64,000 nt of DNA from an uncultured Bacteroidales bacterium (GTDB lineage Bacteria > Bacteroidota > Bacteroidia > Bacteroidales > CAIWKO01). This document shows, in pieces, positions 29,512 to 40,400 of this stretch. Under the pieces are notes generated by a model that saw nothing but the letters and a program-made list of their open reading frames with translations, was not told the DNA's origin and did not search any database. The stretch is taken from positions 28,605-92,604 of the forward strand of contig CAIWKO010000056.1 of assembly GCA_903913285.1 (NCBI GenBank), written 5' to 3'. How positions within the stretch are numbered: the stretch's first letter is position 1; every line of letters starts with the position of its first letter. Made by a program: the position numbers and the translations under genes.

Positions 29512-30651
29512 TTATTTTAACAAAGAGCGTGAAATCACGATCTTTTGTACTTCAGAAGTGCCTTCATAGATTTGTGTCAGTTTAGCTTCACGCATGAGGC
29601 GTTCAACATGATATTCTTTCACATAACCGTATCCGCCATGAATTTGGACAGCTTCTGTAGTAACTTCCATAGCAATATCTGCGCAATATTGCTTTGCCAT
29701 CGCACTGGCAATACCATAAGGCAAATGCTGGTCTTTCAACCATGCCGATTTTAAGCACAGATTGCGTGCATTTTCAATTTTAACGGCCATATCCGACAGC
29801 TTGAATGCAACCGACTGATGATTGAATATCTCTGTTCCGAATGCTTTTCTTTCTTTTGAATATTTCAATGCACGTTCAAAAGCGCCGGATGCTATGCCCA
29901 ATGCCTGTGAAGCAATTCCGATTCTTCCGCCGTCGAGGGTTTTCATTGCAAACGAAAAACCAAAACCATCGTCGCCAATGCGATTTTCTTTTGGAACTTT
30001 AACATCGTTGAACATCACCGAATGCGTATCGGAACTTCTCATTCCCATTTTGTTTTCGTGAGGTCCCAGTGTAATACCCGGAGAATTTTTATCGACTATA
30101 AGGGCATTAATTCCTTTATGTTTCTTTTCAGGATTGGTCTGCGCAATAACAATATAAGTAGATGCCGAATTGGCATTTGTGATCCAGTTTTTGGTTCCGT
30201 TCAACAGGTAATAATCGCCTTTGTCTTCCGCAGTCGTACGTTGTGAGGTAGCATCCGAACCTGCTTCAGGTTCTGATAATAAAAATGCCCCTATTTTCTG
30301 CCCACTTGCTAAAGGTCTCAAGTATTTTTCTTTTTGAGCATCAGTACCAAAAGCTTCCAATCCCCAATTTACAAGAGAATTACAAACAGACATAACCACA
30401 GCTACAGAAGAATCAATTTTTGAAATTTCTTCCATTGCCAGTACGTATGATATGGTATCCATTCCTCCACCGTCATATTTGGGATCGGCCATCATACCCA
30501 AAAATCCCAGTTCTGATAACTTCTTTATATGCTCTGCCGGGAATTCAGACTTTTCGTCTCTTTCAATTACATCAGGCAATAATTCGCGTTCTGCAAAATC
30601 TTTAGCAGCTTGTTGAATCATTTTTTGTTCTTCGGTAAATTCAAAATTCAT
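29512..30651 (-). CDS. Acyl-CoA dehydrogenase (short-chain/butyryl-CoA dehydrogenase-like)
   Basis: 379 aa with GAFLLSEPEAGSD, WITNA and QIHGGYGY…YEGTSEVQ motifs of the ACAD family. It is adjacent to etfBA. Confidence 0.9.
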   Translation of the reverse strand: MNFEFTEEQKMIQQAAKDFAERELLPDVIERDEKSEFPAEHIKKLSELGFLGMMADPKYDGGGMDTISYVLAMEEISKIDSSVAVVMSVCNSLVNWGLEAFGTDAQKEKYLRPLASGQKIGAFLLSEPEAGSDATSQRTTAEDKGDYYLLNGTKNWITNANSASTYIVIAQTNPEKKHKGINALIVDKNSPGITLGPHENKMGMRSSDTHSVMFNDVKVPKENRIGDDGFGFSFAMKTLDGGRIGIASQALGIASGAFERALKYSKERKAFGTEIFNHQSVAFKLSDMAVKIENARNLCLKSAWLKDQHLPYGIASAMAKQYCADIAMEVTTEAVQIHGGYGYVKEYHVERLMREAKLTQIYEGTSEVQKIVISRSLLK

Positions 30652-30703
30652 AGTTATGGTTTTTAATTAATAAATAAATACCGGAATATGATGAAAAATT
30701 ATA

Positions 30704-30711
30704 CAAACCTA
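30704..30711 (-). promoter_or_regulatory. Candidate -7 box TAGGTTTG (minus strand) upstream of acd-etfB-etfA
   Basis: Exact TAnnTTTG match 52 nt upstream of the acd ATG (30651), inside a 153-bp gap. Confidence 0.35.
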
Positions 30712-30804
30712 CATAAAATTTTCAAAAAAACAATACTTTTTTTGGTCTAACTATCCTTATAATCCTCGATGAGTAATCAATACAATTTAGATTAAATAGG
30801 TATC

Positions 30805-31593
30805 TTATAATACGCTGCTGATAAACGAACTCATTTTATTTATTACGGTATTTTTTGCTTGATAATGCGGAATATGTCCGCAGTTGGCTATAAATAACAC
30901 TTCAACGCTACTATTTATATTTTTCAATTTTGAAATAAGTTGTTCAACGGAACCGTAAATATCGTCTTTCCCCTGAATTGCAAGAACGGGAGATGTTATC
31001 ATAGGAAGATATTCTTCCACATTCCATTCCTTGCCTTCTTCCGATAGCCACACATCGCTCCATCCATGAAAAACAGAATCGGTTTTTTCTTTATGAAATT
31101 TATATAGAATCTCTTTTAGGGTTCCTTGTTCATATTCCTTTACAGCATTTTTAATTCCTTTTGTAGTAATTTCCTCACAAAAAAGATGGTCAGCTTCAGT
31201 AATAATCGCTAAAACTTTTTTCGGAAATTTTGAAGCATACAAAAGAGAAATGGTTCCTCCATCGCTGTGACCAATCAGGATGAGTTTCTCCGCTATATGA
31301 AGTTTTTCAATCAATTCGGGCAAGAAAATGAATGCTTCATCATTGGAATATGTTTTTGTTCTGGCTTCGGCAAACATTTCCGATTTGCCATATCCGTAAC
31401 GGTCATAAATTATTGCAGGGCATTGTATCATATTGCTTAACAAGACAGGGAAATCCCTCCATTGCTCAGTACTGCCAAGACCTTCATGTAGAAAAACCAA
31501 AAAAGGTTTATCCGTCGCACGAAAGTCTAAATTAATCATTTCATAATATAGCTGCTTCCCGTTGACAGTTATAAAATCCTGTATTTTATTCAT
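30805..31593 (-). CDS. Alpha/beta hydrolase
   Basis: FLVFLHEGLGS (oxyanion region), the GHSDGG nucleophile elbow, and a C-terminal CGHIPH. I placed the start at ATG 31593, 5 nt after the upstream stop, rather than at 31617. Confidence 0.8.
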   Translation of the reverse strand: MNKIQDFITVNGKQLYYEMINLDFRATDKPFLVFLHEGLGSTEQWRDFPVLLSNMIQCPAIIYDRYGYGKSEMFAEARTKTYSNDEAFIFLPELIEKLHIAEKLILIGHSDGGTISLLYASKFPKKVLAIITEADHLFCEEITTKGIKNAVKEYEQGTLKEILYKFHKEKTDSVFHGWSDVWLSEEGKEWNVEEYLPMITSPVLAIQGKDDIYGSVEQLISKLKNINSSVEVLFIANCGHIPHYQAKNTVINKMSSFISSVL

Positions 31594-31597
31594 GCAA

Positions 31598-32542
31598 TTA
31601 AAAATCGATTCCTTCAAGTTCTGTTTTTATCCTATGATATTCCGAAACAATTTCATCAATAATTTCTGCTGCCGGTTTTATTTCATGAATTAATCCTGAA
31701 ATTTGACCGATTTCAAGTTCTCCTTCATCGGCATCGCCTTCGAACATTCCCTTTCTGGCCCTACCTGTTCCAAGCAGTTCAGATAACTCAATCAAAGAAG
31801 AGCCTGCATTTTCTTTTTCTTCAACTTCTTTAAAAAATTTATTTTTTATTAAGCGAACCGGAACAATTTTTTTTAAAATAAGTTGTGTATCTCCATCTTT
31901 TGCTTCGATTATCCTCTGTTTAAATAGTAAATGTGCCGATGATTCGTCTGAAGCAACAAAACGGCTCCCAATCTGAACTCCTTCAGCACCAAGTGCCATA
32001 GCCGCCATCATCCCTCTTCCGGTTGCTATACCCCCGGCAGCAATAATTGGAATGGAAACAACTTCTTTAACCATCGGTATCAACACCAGGGTAGTAGTTT
32101 CTTCACGCCCGTTATGCCCTCCTGCTTCGAATCCTTCAGCCACAATTGCATCTACCCCCGAATCTTCAGCTTTTTTGGCAAATTTCACATTCGAAACAAC
32201 ATGAACCACTTTAATTCCATGCTCCTTCAAATAAGAAGTCCACTTAGCAGGGTTTCCTGCTGATGTGAAAACCACAGGAACATCTTCTTCTACAACAATT
32301 TTAATAAATTCATCGGCTTCAGAAAAAAGTAACGGAATATTTACACCAAAAGGTTTATTTGTGGCATTTTTACATTTACGAATATGTTCCCGAAGGATAT
32401 CGTGTGTCATTGACCCCGAGCCGATCAATCCCAAACCACCTGCATTACTCACGGCTGAAGCCAATCGCCAATCGCTGCACCAAATCATTCCCGCCTGAAT
32501 AATGGGATATTTAATATTGAATAGACTCGTGATTCTGTTCAT
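31598..32542 (-). CDS. NAD(P)H-dependent flavin oxidoreductase (nitronate monooxygenase / FabK-like TIM barrel)
   Basis: 314 aa with YPIIQAGMIWCSDWRLASAVSNAGGLG and IIAAGGIATGRG motifs of the NMO/FabK family. Confidence 0.8.
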   Translation of the reverse strand: MNRITSLFNIKYPIIQAGMIWCSDWRLASAVSNAGGLGLIGSGSMTHDILREHIRKCKNATNKPFGVNIPLLFSEADEFIKIVVEEDVPVVFTSAGNPAKWTSYLKEHGIKVVHVVSNVKFAKKAEDSGVDAIVAEGFEAGGHNGREETTTLVLIPMVKEVVSIPIIAAGGIATGRGMMAAMALGAEGVQIGSRFVASDESSAHLLFKQRIIEAKDGDTQLILKKIVPVRLIKNKFFKEVEEKENAGSSLIELSELLGTGRARKGMFEGDADEGELEIGQISGLIHEIKPAAEIIDEIVSEYHRIKTELEGIDF

Positions 32543-32604
32543 TTTTCTACAATAATAAAACGCCTACTTTTTTAGAGCAGGCGCTTAATTTCATTACCGA
32601 TTAT

Positions 32605-33849
32605 TTATTCTGCGTTTTTGTAAACAACGCTTACAAGTGTTTTATCGTCACCACCCATGTTTATGGATAAACCATAGGGACGTTCAGGATTTATTTTGAT
32701 TTGAGAATCTCCTGCTCTGTGAGTAAGTTGCTCCCAAATGGTCACGGCCTGATGAACTCCGGTTGCCCCGGTCGGATGTCCCCAGCCGATCAGCCCGCCC
32801 GTTGTGTTGAAGGGCACTTTTCCACTACGCATTGTATTGCCTTCAAGCACAAAATCCGTTCCTTTCCCGTGTTCGGCAAAACCGATTGCTTCAGTAGCCA
32901 TTATTCCGGCTATCGTAAAACAGTCGTGGCATTCAACAGTACCTATCTGGTCTTTTGTAATCCCAGCAACTTCCATTGCTTTGCTAATAGCAACTTTTGT
33001 AGTGGAAAGCACTGTCGGGTCAACAGGCGGTTTGGTGATATCTTCTTCTGCCTGTCCGAATCCCACAATTTCCACAGCATCTTTTTTCGAAATACCGCAG
33101 CGTTTCAGTCCTTCTTCCGAAACAACTGCTATAGCACTTGCCCCGTCAGAAACCTTTGAACAATCAAACACATTTAATGCATCTACAAAGCCCTTCGGAT
33201 TAGGAGCATTCATTCCACAGGCAATAAGGTCTTTTGTGGTGTTATGATATTCTTGGGCGGTTGGACAAAGCCGTGCATTTTCTATGGCATTTTCAAACCA
33301 TTTTGCCATGGCACTTCTGGTTTTATCTTTATCAAACTTTTCAGCATAAGCTTTCGAACGGTCACTAAATTTTCCGGGAAAGAAATAAGCATGTCCGTCT
33401 TTGCGTTCTTTGGCCCATCCGGCAGCAGCTAAAATATCTGCACCGTAAATAGCTTTCACCGTATTTTGTACTTCAACACCGAGCACCAGGACTACATCGG
33501 CAGTTTCGGCAAGAACCGACTTAATTCCCGTAACCAAAGCCAAAGCCCCGGTTCCGCATGCACCTTCAACCCGCGTTGAAGGTTTATATCTCAAGCCTTC
33601 GTCAATATAAGGAATGAATCCGGCCAAATTCGCCTGACGGTTAAATCGTGAAGCGATAAAATTCCCGATTACGGCTTCATCCACATTCTGTGCTCCGCCG
33701 ATTTGTTTTAATACACCCTGTCCTGCCTCTTTAATATATTCTTCCAATCCCGGACGTTCTTTTTTGGGATTAAATTCCTTGCGGCCGGTTCCCATCGAAA
33801 TGGTGTTGTATCCGGCAACCATATATACTTTTCTACGCATTTTTATCAT
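32605..33849 (-). CDS. Thiolase-like acetyl-CoA acetyltransferase (SCP-x/archaeal-type thiolase family)
   Basis: 414 aa with VEGACGTGALAL (active-site Cys region), ECHDCF and GHPTGATG. The start could instead be the MRRKVY Met at 33840. Confidence 0.85.
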   Translation of the reverse strand: MIKMRRKVYMVAGYNTISMGTGRKEFNPKKERPGLEEYIKEAGQGVLKQIGGAQNVDEAVIGNFIASRFNRQANLAGFIPYIDEGLRYKPSTRVEGACGTGALALVTGIKSVLAETADVVLVLGVEVQNTVKAIYGADILAAAGWAKERKDGHAYFFPGKFSDRSKAYAEKFDKDKTRSAMAKWFENAIENARLCPTAQEYHNTTKDLIACGMNAPNPKGFVDALNVFDCSKVSDGASAIAVVSEEGLKRCGISKKDAVEIVGFGQAEEDITKPPVDPTVLSTTKVAISKAMEVAGITKDQIGTVECHDCFTIAGIMATEAIGFAEHGKGTDFVLEGNTMRSGKVPFNTTGGLIGWGHPTGATGVHQAVTIWEQLTHRAGDSQIKINPERPYGLSINMGGDDKTLVSVVYKNAE

Positions 33850-33866
33850 AATAAATCCTCCTTATA

Positions 33867-35201
33867 TTATAAATAATCATTAATAGGCCCGTATGCATGG
33901 AAGAATCCGGTAAGCAAAACGGTATTCACATCATTTTCATTAAAAGCTACTTTTTCCGAAACCAGCTTTAATCCTATTTCTTTTGAGCGTTTAGCATAAT
34001 TGCGTGCAATTTCAGCCCCCATGGATTTTATAGTTTTCAGTTCGTTAAAGTAGGTTTTAAAAACTTCCTCTTTATTTCTATTTCCAACCACTGCTTTCCA
34101 CGGTTGATATGAAGCTGGCAGCATTCCCAATAGTTCGTCGCACTTTGGTTGAATTTCAGAAACAGAAACATATCCTTTTTTATGAATATCGTAAATGCCA
34201 ACCGGTCTTCCTTTTTCATACTTCAGAAATCCGTCTTTTTGCGAGCCGTCGGAATTTTGTCCTCCACGTACCCCAAATTCAAGCATTTGATCCAGCAAAT
34301 CGCTGTGCAGATCTTCATTGGGTAAGTAAGGGTTCATAACACTCATAATATATTGGCAAACATCAATTCCCACATAATCGATCAACTGAAAAATCCCCAT
34401 CGGACGTATTAAAAAATCCTGAGTAATCTTATTGATCATATAAACTGCTTCCGAAAACGTAAAATTATCGGTTAGTTTTACTGCCTCATTAATTCCGTGA
34501 AGTGCATCACGCATAAAATGACCGTTACCAATAAATCCCGCGAAATCATAGGAAGGAACAACTGTTTTTCGTAAATTTTTTGCTAAAGTAAGAGCAAATT
34601 CAACAAGTTCCGGATCCGTCGAATCTGTTTTAATTATTTCCACCAGTTTCTGAACTGCCGGAGGATTGTAAAAATGCACACCCAGCACTCTGCCGTTTAA
34701 ATCCGCCTTACGGTCTAATTCATTTATCGGAATCGATGATGTATTGGTGCAGAACCACGGTGCCTTTTTATTATGCTCATTAATCTGACTAAAAATTTTA
34801 ATTTTCAACGCCGGATCTTCTTTTATCGCTTCAAAAATAACAGTCGATTCGTATGCAGCTTCAATATTTGTAGTCGGTCTTACAATAAAAAGAACATCCT
34901 CTACATACTGCTCAATAATTTCGCTGTTATCAATCAGGTCTGCCCTGTGGTGATAAACCTGTCGCAAAGCAATAACTTTCTTTTCAGCAGCCTTCATAAC
35001 CTGTGTTTTCAGGTATTTCATCAGGCCTTTCAATGCCTCGCTTGAGGTATCCATTGCATTCAGAACAAAAAGCTTCCCTTTGTTTTCGGGTTTCAGGCTT
35101 AAATCAGCCATCTCAATAGCTGTCAACAAAAGTATTCCGCTTCCCATTTTACCGGCGGCTCCCAGTACAGTGACATTTTGAAGTTTTTCGGTGTAATTCA
35201 T
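33867..35201 (-). CDS. 3-hydroxyacyl-CoA dehydrogenase family protein (long form, 444 aa)
   Basis: The N-terminal Rossmann motif is VTVLGAAGKMGSGI, with LGVHFYNPP. It is longer than the ~280-aa Hbd. Confidence 0.8.
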   Translation of the reverse strand: MNYTEKLQNVTVLGAAGKMGSGILLLTAIEMADLSLKPENKGKLFVLNAMDTSSEALKGLMKYLKTQVMKAAEKKVIALRQVYHHRADLIDNSEIIEQYVEDVLFIVRPTTNIEAAYESTVIFEAIKEDPALKIKIFSQINEHNKKAPWFCTNTSSIPINELDRKADLNGRVLGVHFYNPPAVQKLVEIIKTDSTDPELVEFALTLAKNLRKTVVPSYDFAGFIGNGHFMRDALHGINEAVKLTDNFTFSEAVYMINKITQDFLIRPMGIFQLIDYVGIDVCQYIMSVMNPYLPNEDLHSDLLDQMLEFGVRGGQNSDGSQKDGFLKYEKGRPVGIYDIHKKGYVSVSEIQPKCDELLGMLPASYQPWKAVVGNRNKEEVFKTYFNELKTIKSMGAEIARNYAKRSKEIGLKLVSEKVAFNENDVNTVLLTGFFHAYGPINDYL

Positions 35202-35261
35202 ATTAATGTTTATTTTTCAGTTTCTATTTTTGATTATTTGCTAATATACGAAATTTTTTCC

Positions 35262-36032
35262 TTACCAATTCGGTTTTCTTTTCTCCAGAAACGCATTCAT
35301 GCCTTCTCCCGATTCCCCGTTGCCAAAGAGTTTCCCGAATTCCGCAGCTTCAAGTTTGCATGCCGAATCAAAATCCGTAAGCATCCCTTTGCGAGTAACT
35401 TCTTTCACCTTTTTGATTGCAATAGACCCTTTTGAAGCAATTTTGGCAGCAAGCGCTTTTGCTTCCACTATCAGTTGTTCCGCATCAACAACCTTTTGAA
35501 CCAATCCCAGCCTCAAAGCTTCTTCAGCATTCACCATATCAGCTGTCATCAAAAGCAATAATGCGTTTGATAAGCCAATGTGTCTCGACAGGCGTTGTGT
35601 TCCTGCATATCCGGGAATCAATCCCAAATTCACTTCCGGCTGTCCGAACTTGGCAAAGTTGTTCGCAATCCTGATATCACAAGCCATAGCTAGTTCGCAG
35701 CCACCACCTAAGGCAAATCCATTAACAGCAGCTATTACGGGTATTTTCAGGTTTTCTATTCGCAGGAAGGTGCTTTGACCTATTTCCGAAAACTGTTTTC
35801 CTTGCACTTCATTCATTCCCGACATTTCAGAAATATCGGCTCCGGCCACGAATGCCTTTCCGTCGCCGGTTATTATCAATACTTTGATGTTATCGTTTAG
35901 CTCAATTTCACCTATCATCGCATTCATTTCTTTGAAAAATGCGGCATTCAGGGCATTCATTGCCTGTGGGCGGCTGATGGTGATCAGGGCAATGTTTTCC
36001 TGAATTTCAAGTTTTAAAATTTCATAATTCAT
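35262..36032 (-). CDS. Enoyl-CoA hydratase (crotonase)
   Basis: 256 aa with FVAGADISEM and AAVNGFALGGGCELAMACD crotonase-fold signatures. Confidence 0.9.
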   Translation of the reverse strand: MNYEILKLEIQENIALITISRPQAMNALNAAFFKEMNAMIGEIELNDNIKVLIITGDGKAFVAGADISEMSGMNEVQGKQFSEIGQSTFLRIENLKIPVIAAVNGFALGGGCELAMACDIRIANNFAKFGQPEVNLGLIPGYAGTQRLSRHIGLSNALLLLMTADMVNAEEALRLGLVQKVVDAEQLIVEAKALAAKIASKGSIAIKKVKEVTRKGMLTDFDSACKLEAAEFGKLFGNGESGEGMNAFLEKRKPNW

Positions 36033-36049
36033 AATTCTTGATTTTATGA

Positions 36050-37123
36050 TTAAACATACTCTTTAACTTCAATTTCTTTTGCCAAAGCCATGAAACCATT
36101 CATCGCCAAAGCTTCCATTTCTCCTTCACCCGGATACGTTTTCACCGGCCCCAGATGTTTCACCCGTTCTGTAATTTCATCCACGATCATACTACCGTAG
36201 GCCAAACCACCGGTCAGCAAAATCCCGTCTACATCGCCTTTAAGCACCGTACTCAAAGCCCCTATTTCTTTGGCAACCTGATATGACATGGCCGAATAAA
36301 CCAGTCTGGCATATTCATCACCTTCTTCTATCCGTTTTTCGATTTCCAAAGCATCACTGGTTCCCAGGTATGCAATAAAACCGCCTTTCCCCTTCAACTT
36401 TTTCATGATCTCAGCTTTGGTATATTTGCCCGAAAAACACATTTCCACCAGTTGTCCCACTGGAACTCCTCCGCTTCGTTCCGGCGACATAGGTCCATCA
36501 CCGTTCAAACCGTTATTCACATCTATAATCCGGCCTTTGCAATGCGCCCCTGCCGAAATCCCTCCGCCCATATGTACCACAATTACATTTATATCCTCAT
36601 ATTTTCGTCCTATTTCTTTGGCATATCTTCTCCCCACAGCCCTCTGGTTTAAGGCATGCAGCAAACTCCGTCTCGGCAACTCCGGCATTCCCGAAATCCG
36701 CGCAATATCCTCCAGTTCGTCCACACACGTTGGGTCAACAATTATCGCGTTTATCTGTGTCCCGATTTCTTTCACCAATTCGTATGCTATCAATCCGCCC
36801 AAATTTGATTCATGTTCGCCCATCGGATTTTTTATATCACGCAACATGGCTTCATTCACTTTATAAACCCCGCCTGCAATTGGTTTCAGCAAACCACCCC
36901 TGCCAACAATTATTTTGATTTTCTTCAGATCGATCCCTGCTTTTTCAAGTTCGTCTTTAATCATGTTTTTACGATAATCAAACTGGTCGGCGATATGTTC
37001 AAATGAAGCCAGAATTTCCTGCTGATGTTTCACATTCACTAAAAACAATTCATTTCTCCCGTCAAATACCGCAATTTTTGTTGATGTCGAACCCGGATTA
37101 ATTACTAAAATCAGATTATCCAT
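36050..37123 (-). CDS. buk: Butyrate kinase
   Basis: 357 aa with ILVINPGSTSTKIAVF and VVHMGGGISAGAH, of the acetate/butyrate kinase family at butyrate-kinase length. Confidence 0.9.
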   Translation of the reverse strand: MDNLILVINPGSTSTKIAVFDGRNELFLVNVKHQQEILASFEHIADQFDYRKNMIKDELEKAGIDLKKIKIIVGRGGLLKPIAGGVYKVNEAMLRDIKNPMGEHESNLGGLIAYELVKEIGTQINAIIVDPTCVDELEDIARISGMPELPRRSLLHALNQRAVGRRYAKEIGRKYEDINVIVVHMGGGISAGAHCKGRIIDVNNGLNGDGPMSPERSGGVPVGQLVEMCFSGKYTKAEIMKKLKGKGGFIAYLGTSDALEIEKRIEEGDEYARLVYSAMSYQVAKEIGALSTVLKGDVDGILLTGGLAYGSMIVDEITERVKHLGPVKTYPGEGEMEALAMNGFMALAKEIEVKEYV

Positions 37124-37157
37124 AGATATTTTCTTATAATTTTAATTGCTTCGCTAA

Positions 37158-37165
37158 CAAATGTA
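37158..37165 (-). promoter_or_regulatory. Candidate -7 box TACATTTG (minus strand) upstream of buk
   Basis: Exact TAnnTTTG match 34 nt upstream of the buk ATG (37123), in the 287-bp divergent region shared with icmF. Confidence 0.35.
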
Positions 37166-37410
37166 ATAATTTATTTGTTTCCCTGAATACAATGTTTTGC
37201 AAATAACTATGAAATTAGTCATTCTTGCTACTTTTTAAGATTTTTTAACTATTTTTCTCTCGCCCGCCTATCCACAATTTACTTGAATCCAACAATCTTA
37301 ACATGTTTTAAGAATTCATTTCAAATCACCATTCCAAAGTTTTTATATCTTTACAGCCTCATTAATATAGTAAAACAGCAATCAAATTCTGATTCCATAA
37401 AACCAAATCT

Positions 37411-40400
37411 ATGCAATCAACACCGGCCTATAAACCCAAAAACCACATCCGTATTGTAACTGCCGCTTCTTTGTTCGATGGCCACGATGCATCCATCAAT
37501 GTCATGCGCCGTATCATTCAGTCCACAGGCGCCGAAGTAATTCATTTGGGTCACAACCGCTCCGTTCAGGAAATTGTCGAATGTGCAGTTCAGGAAGATG
37601 TGCAGGCTATTGCCGTTACTTCTTATCAGGGCGGTCACATCGAGTTCTTCAAATACATGTACGACCAGTTGAAAGAAAAAGGCTTCAACGATATCAAGAT
37701 TTTTGGCGGCGGCGGCGGCGTCATCCTTCCCGAAGAAATTGCCGAACTCGAAGCTTATGGGATCACACGGATCTATTCGCCCGACGATGGTCGCCAATTG
37801 GGACTCCAGGGAATGATTAATGATGTTATGGAAAAATCCGATTTTCCTCGAGGCATTGATGTCAACGGTACGTTAGCCGGAATCGGAAATCAGGACTACA
37901 AATCCATTTCCAAAATGATTTCTGCCGTCGAAAACTTTCCCGATAAAATTGCCGATACCCTTGCCAAAATCGACGAAAAAGCAAACAGTTCCAAAGTTCC
38001 TGTTCTCGGTATAACCGGTACCGGCGGTTCCGGAAAATCTTCTCTCGTCGACGAATTCATTCGCCGTTTCCTCCACGATTTCCCCGACAAAAAAATTGCC
38101 ATCGTTTGTGTCGACCCGTCCAAACGCAAAACCGGTGGCGCCCTCCTGGGCGACCGCATCCGTATGAATTCCATCAACAGTCCCAGGGTTTTCGTACGTT
38201 CCATGGCCACACGTCAGTCCAACCTGGCCTTGTCTAAATATGTAAAAGAAACCCTCAACATTCTCAAAGCAGCCGACTTCGACCTCATCATTCTCGAAAC
38301 TTCAGGCATCGGTCAGTCCGATACCGAAATCGTCGACCACAGCAATTTGTGCCTCTATGTGATGACACCCGAATTCGGTGCGCCTTCCCAACTCGAAAAG
38401 ATCGATATGCTCGAATATGCCGACATCATTGCCCTCAACAAATTCGACAAACGCGGTGGCATGGATGCATTGCGCGATGTAAAAAAACAATACCAGCGCA
38501 ACCATCAGTTATTCGATCAAAAACACGACGAAATGCCGGTCTACGGAACCATTGCCTCCCAATTCAACGACGCCGGCGTCAACCAGTTTTATACCGCGCT
38601 CATCGCCCAGATCAACACCAAACTCAACCAAAATTTCAAATCAACTTCCGCCTTGGTTGGCGAAATTCCCGATAAAATATACATCATTCCGCCCCAGCGC
38701 ACCCGCTATTTGGCCGAAATTGCCGAAACCGTCCGCCATTACAATCAGTGGACCGACGAACAAGCACTCATCGCCCAAAAACTTTTTGGATTGCACGAAT
38801 CCATCGAACTCCTCAAAAAAGAGAACGACACTAAAAACGCCGAGCACATCCACAAACTCCAGTCTGCCTACAACGAGTTGGAAGAATCCCTCGACAAACA
38901 CAACCACGCCATCCTCAAAAACTGGCAGCATAAAATAAAAACTTATAAAGACGATTTCTATCTTTTCAAAGTCCGCGACAAAGAACTCAAAATAAAAACC
39001 CATACCGAAACCCTCTCCCATCTGCAGATTCCCAAGATATCCCTGCCCAAATACACAGCTTGGGGCGATATCCTCAAATGGAACCTCAAAGAAAATGTCC
39101 CGGGCGAATTTCCTTATGTGGCCGGAGTTTTCCCCTTCAAACGCGAAGGCGAAGACCCCACCCGCATGTTCGCAGGCGAAGGCGGTCCCGAACGCACCAA
39201 CAAACGCTTCCACTACCTTTCCAAAGGTTTGCCCGCCAAACGCCTCTCCACCGCTTTCGATTCCGTCACCCTCTACGGCAACGACCCCGACCTGCGCCCC
39301 GACATCTATGGCAAAATAGGCAACTCCGGTGTTTCCGTCTCCTGTCTCGACGACGCAAAAAAACTCTACTCCGGCTTCAACCTGTCCGACCCCAACACTT
39401 CCGTTTCCATGACCATCAACGGCCCCGCGCCCATCATGGTCGGATATTTCATGAATGCCGCCATCGATCAGCAATGCGAAATTTATATCCGCGAAAACGG
39501 CCTCGAAAAAGAAGTCGAACAAAAAATTCAGGAAATATTCCGCAAAAAAGGCGTCACCCGCCCCAAATATCAGGAAGAACTCCCAGATGGCAACAACGGC
39601 CTTGGTCTCATGCTGCTCGGCGTCACCGGCGACCAGGTCCTGCCGGCCGATGTCTATCAAAACATCAAAACCTGCACCCTCGCTTCCGTGCGCGGAACCG
39701 TTCAGGCCGACATCCTCAAAGAAGACCAGGGACAAAACACCTGCATCTTTTCAACCGATTTTTCGCTCAAACTCATGGGCGATGTTCAGGAATATTTCAT
39801 CAACAACAACGTCCGCAACTTCTATTCCGTCTCCATTTCCGGCTATCACATTGCCGAAGCAGGCGCCAACCCCATCTCCCAGCTCGCTTTCACCCTTGCC
39901 AACGGCTTCACCTACGTCGAATACTACCTGTCGCGCGGCATGCATATCGACAAATTTGCACCCAACCTCTCCTTCTTTTTCTCCAATGGCATCGACATCG
40001 AATTCTCCGTCATCGGTCGCGTGGCCCGCTCCATTTGGGCAAAAACCATGAAAAATAAATACAAGGCCAACTTCCGTTCGCAGCAGCTCAAATACCACAT
40101 CCAAACCTCCGGCCGCTCGCTCCATGCACAGGAAATCGGCTTCAACGACATCCGCACCACCCTCCAGGCCCTCTATGCCATCTACGACAACTGCAATTCG
40201 CTCCACACTAACGCCTACGACGAAGCCATCACCACGCCCACCGAGGAATCCGTGCGCCGTGCCATGGCCATTCAGATGATCATCAACCACGAACTCGGCC
40301 TCGCCAAAAACCAAAACCCAAACCAGGGCTCCTTCATCATCGAAGAACTCACCCAACTGGTCGAAGAAGCCGTCATGGCCGAATTCGAACGCATCTCCGA

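Noticed and set aside
37268-37276. DnaA-box-like CTATCCACA, suggesting oriC in the buk/icmF divergent region
   Set aside because: It is a single 8/9 match with no cluster of boxes, no dnaA/dnaN nearby and no adjacent AT-rich unwinding repeats.
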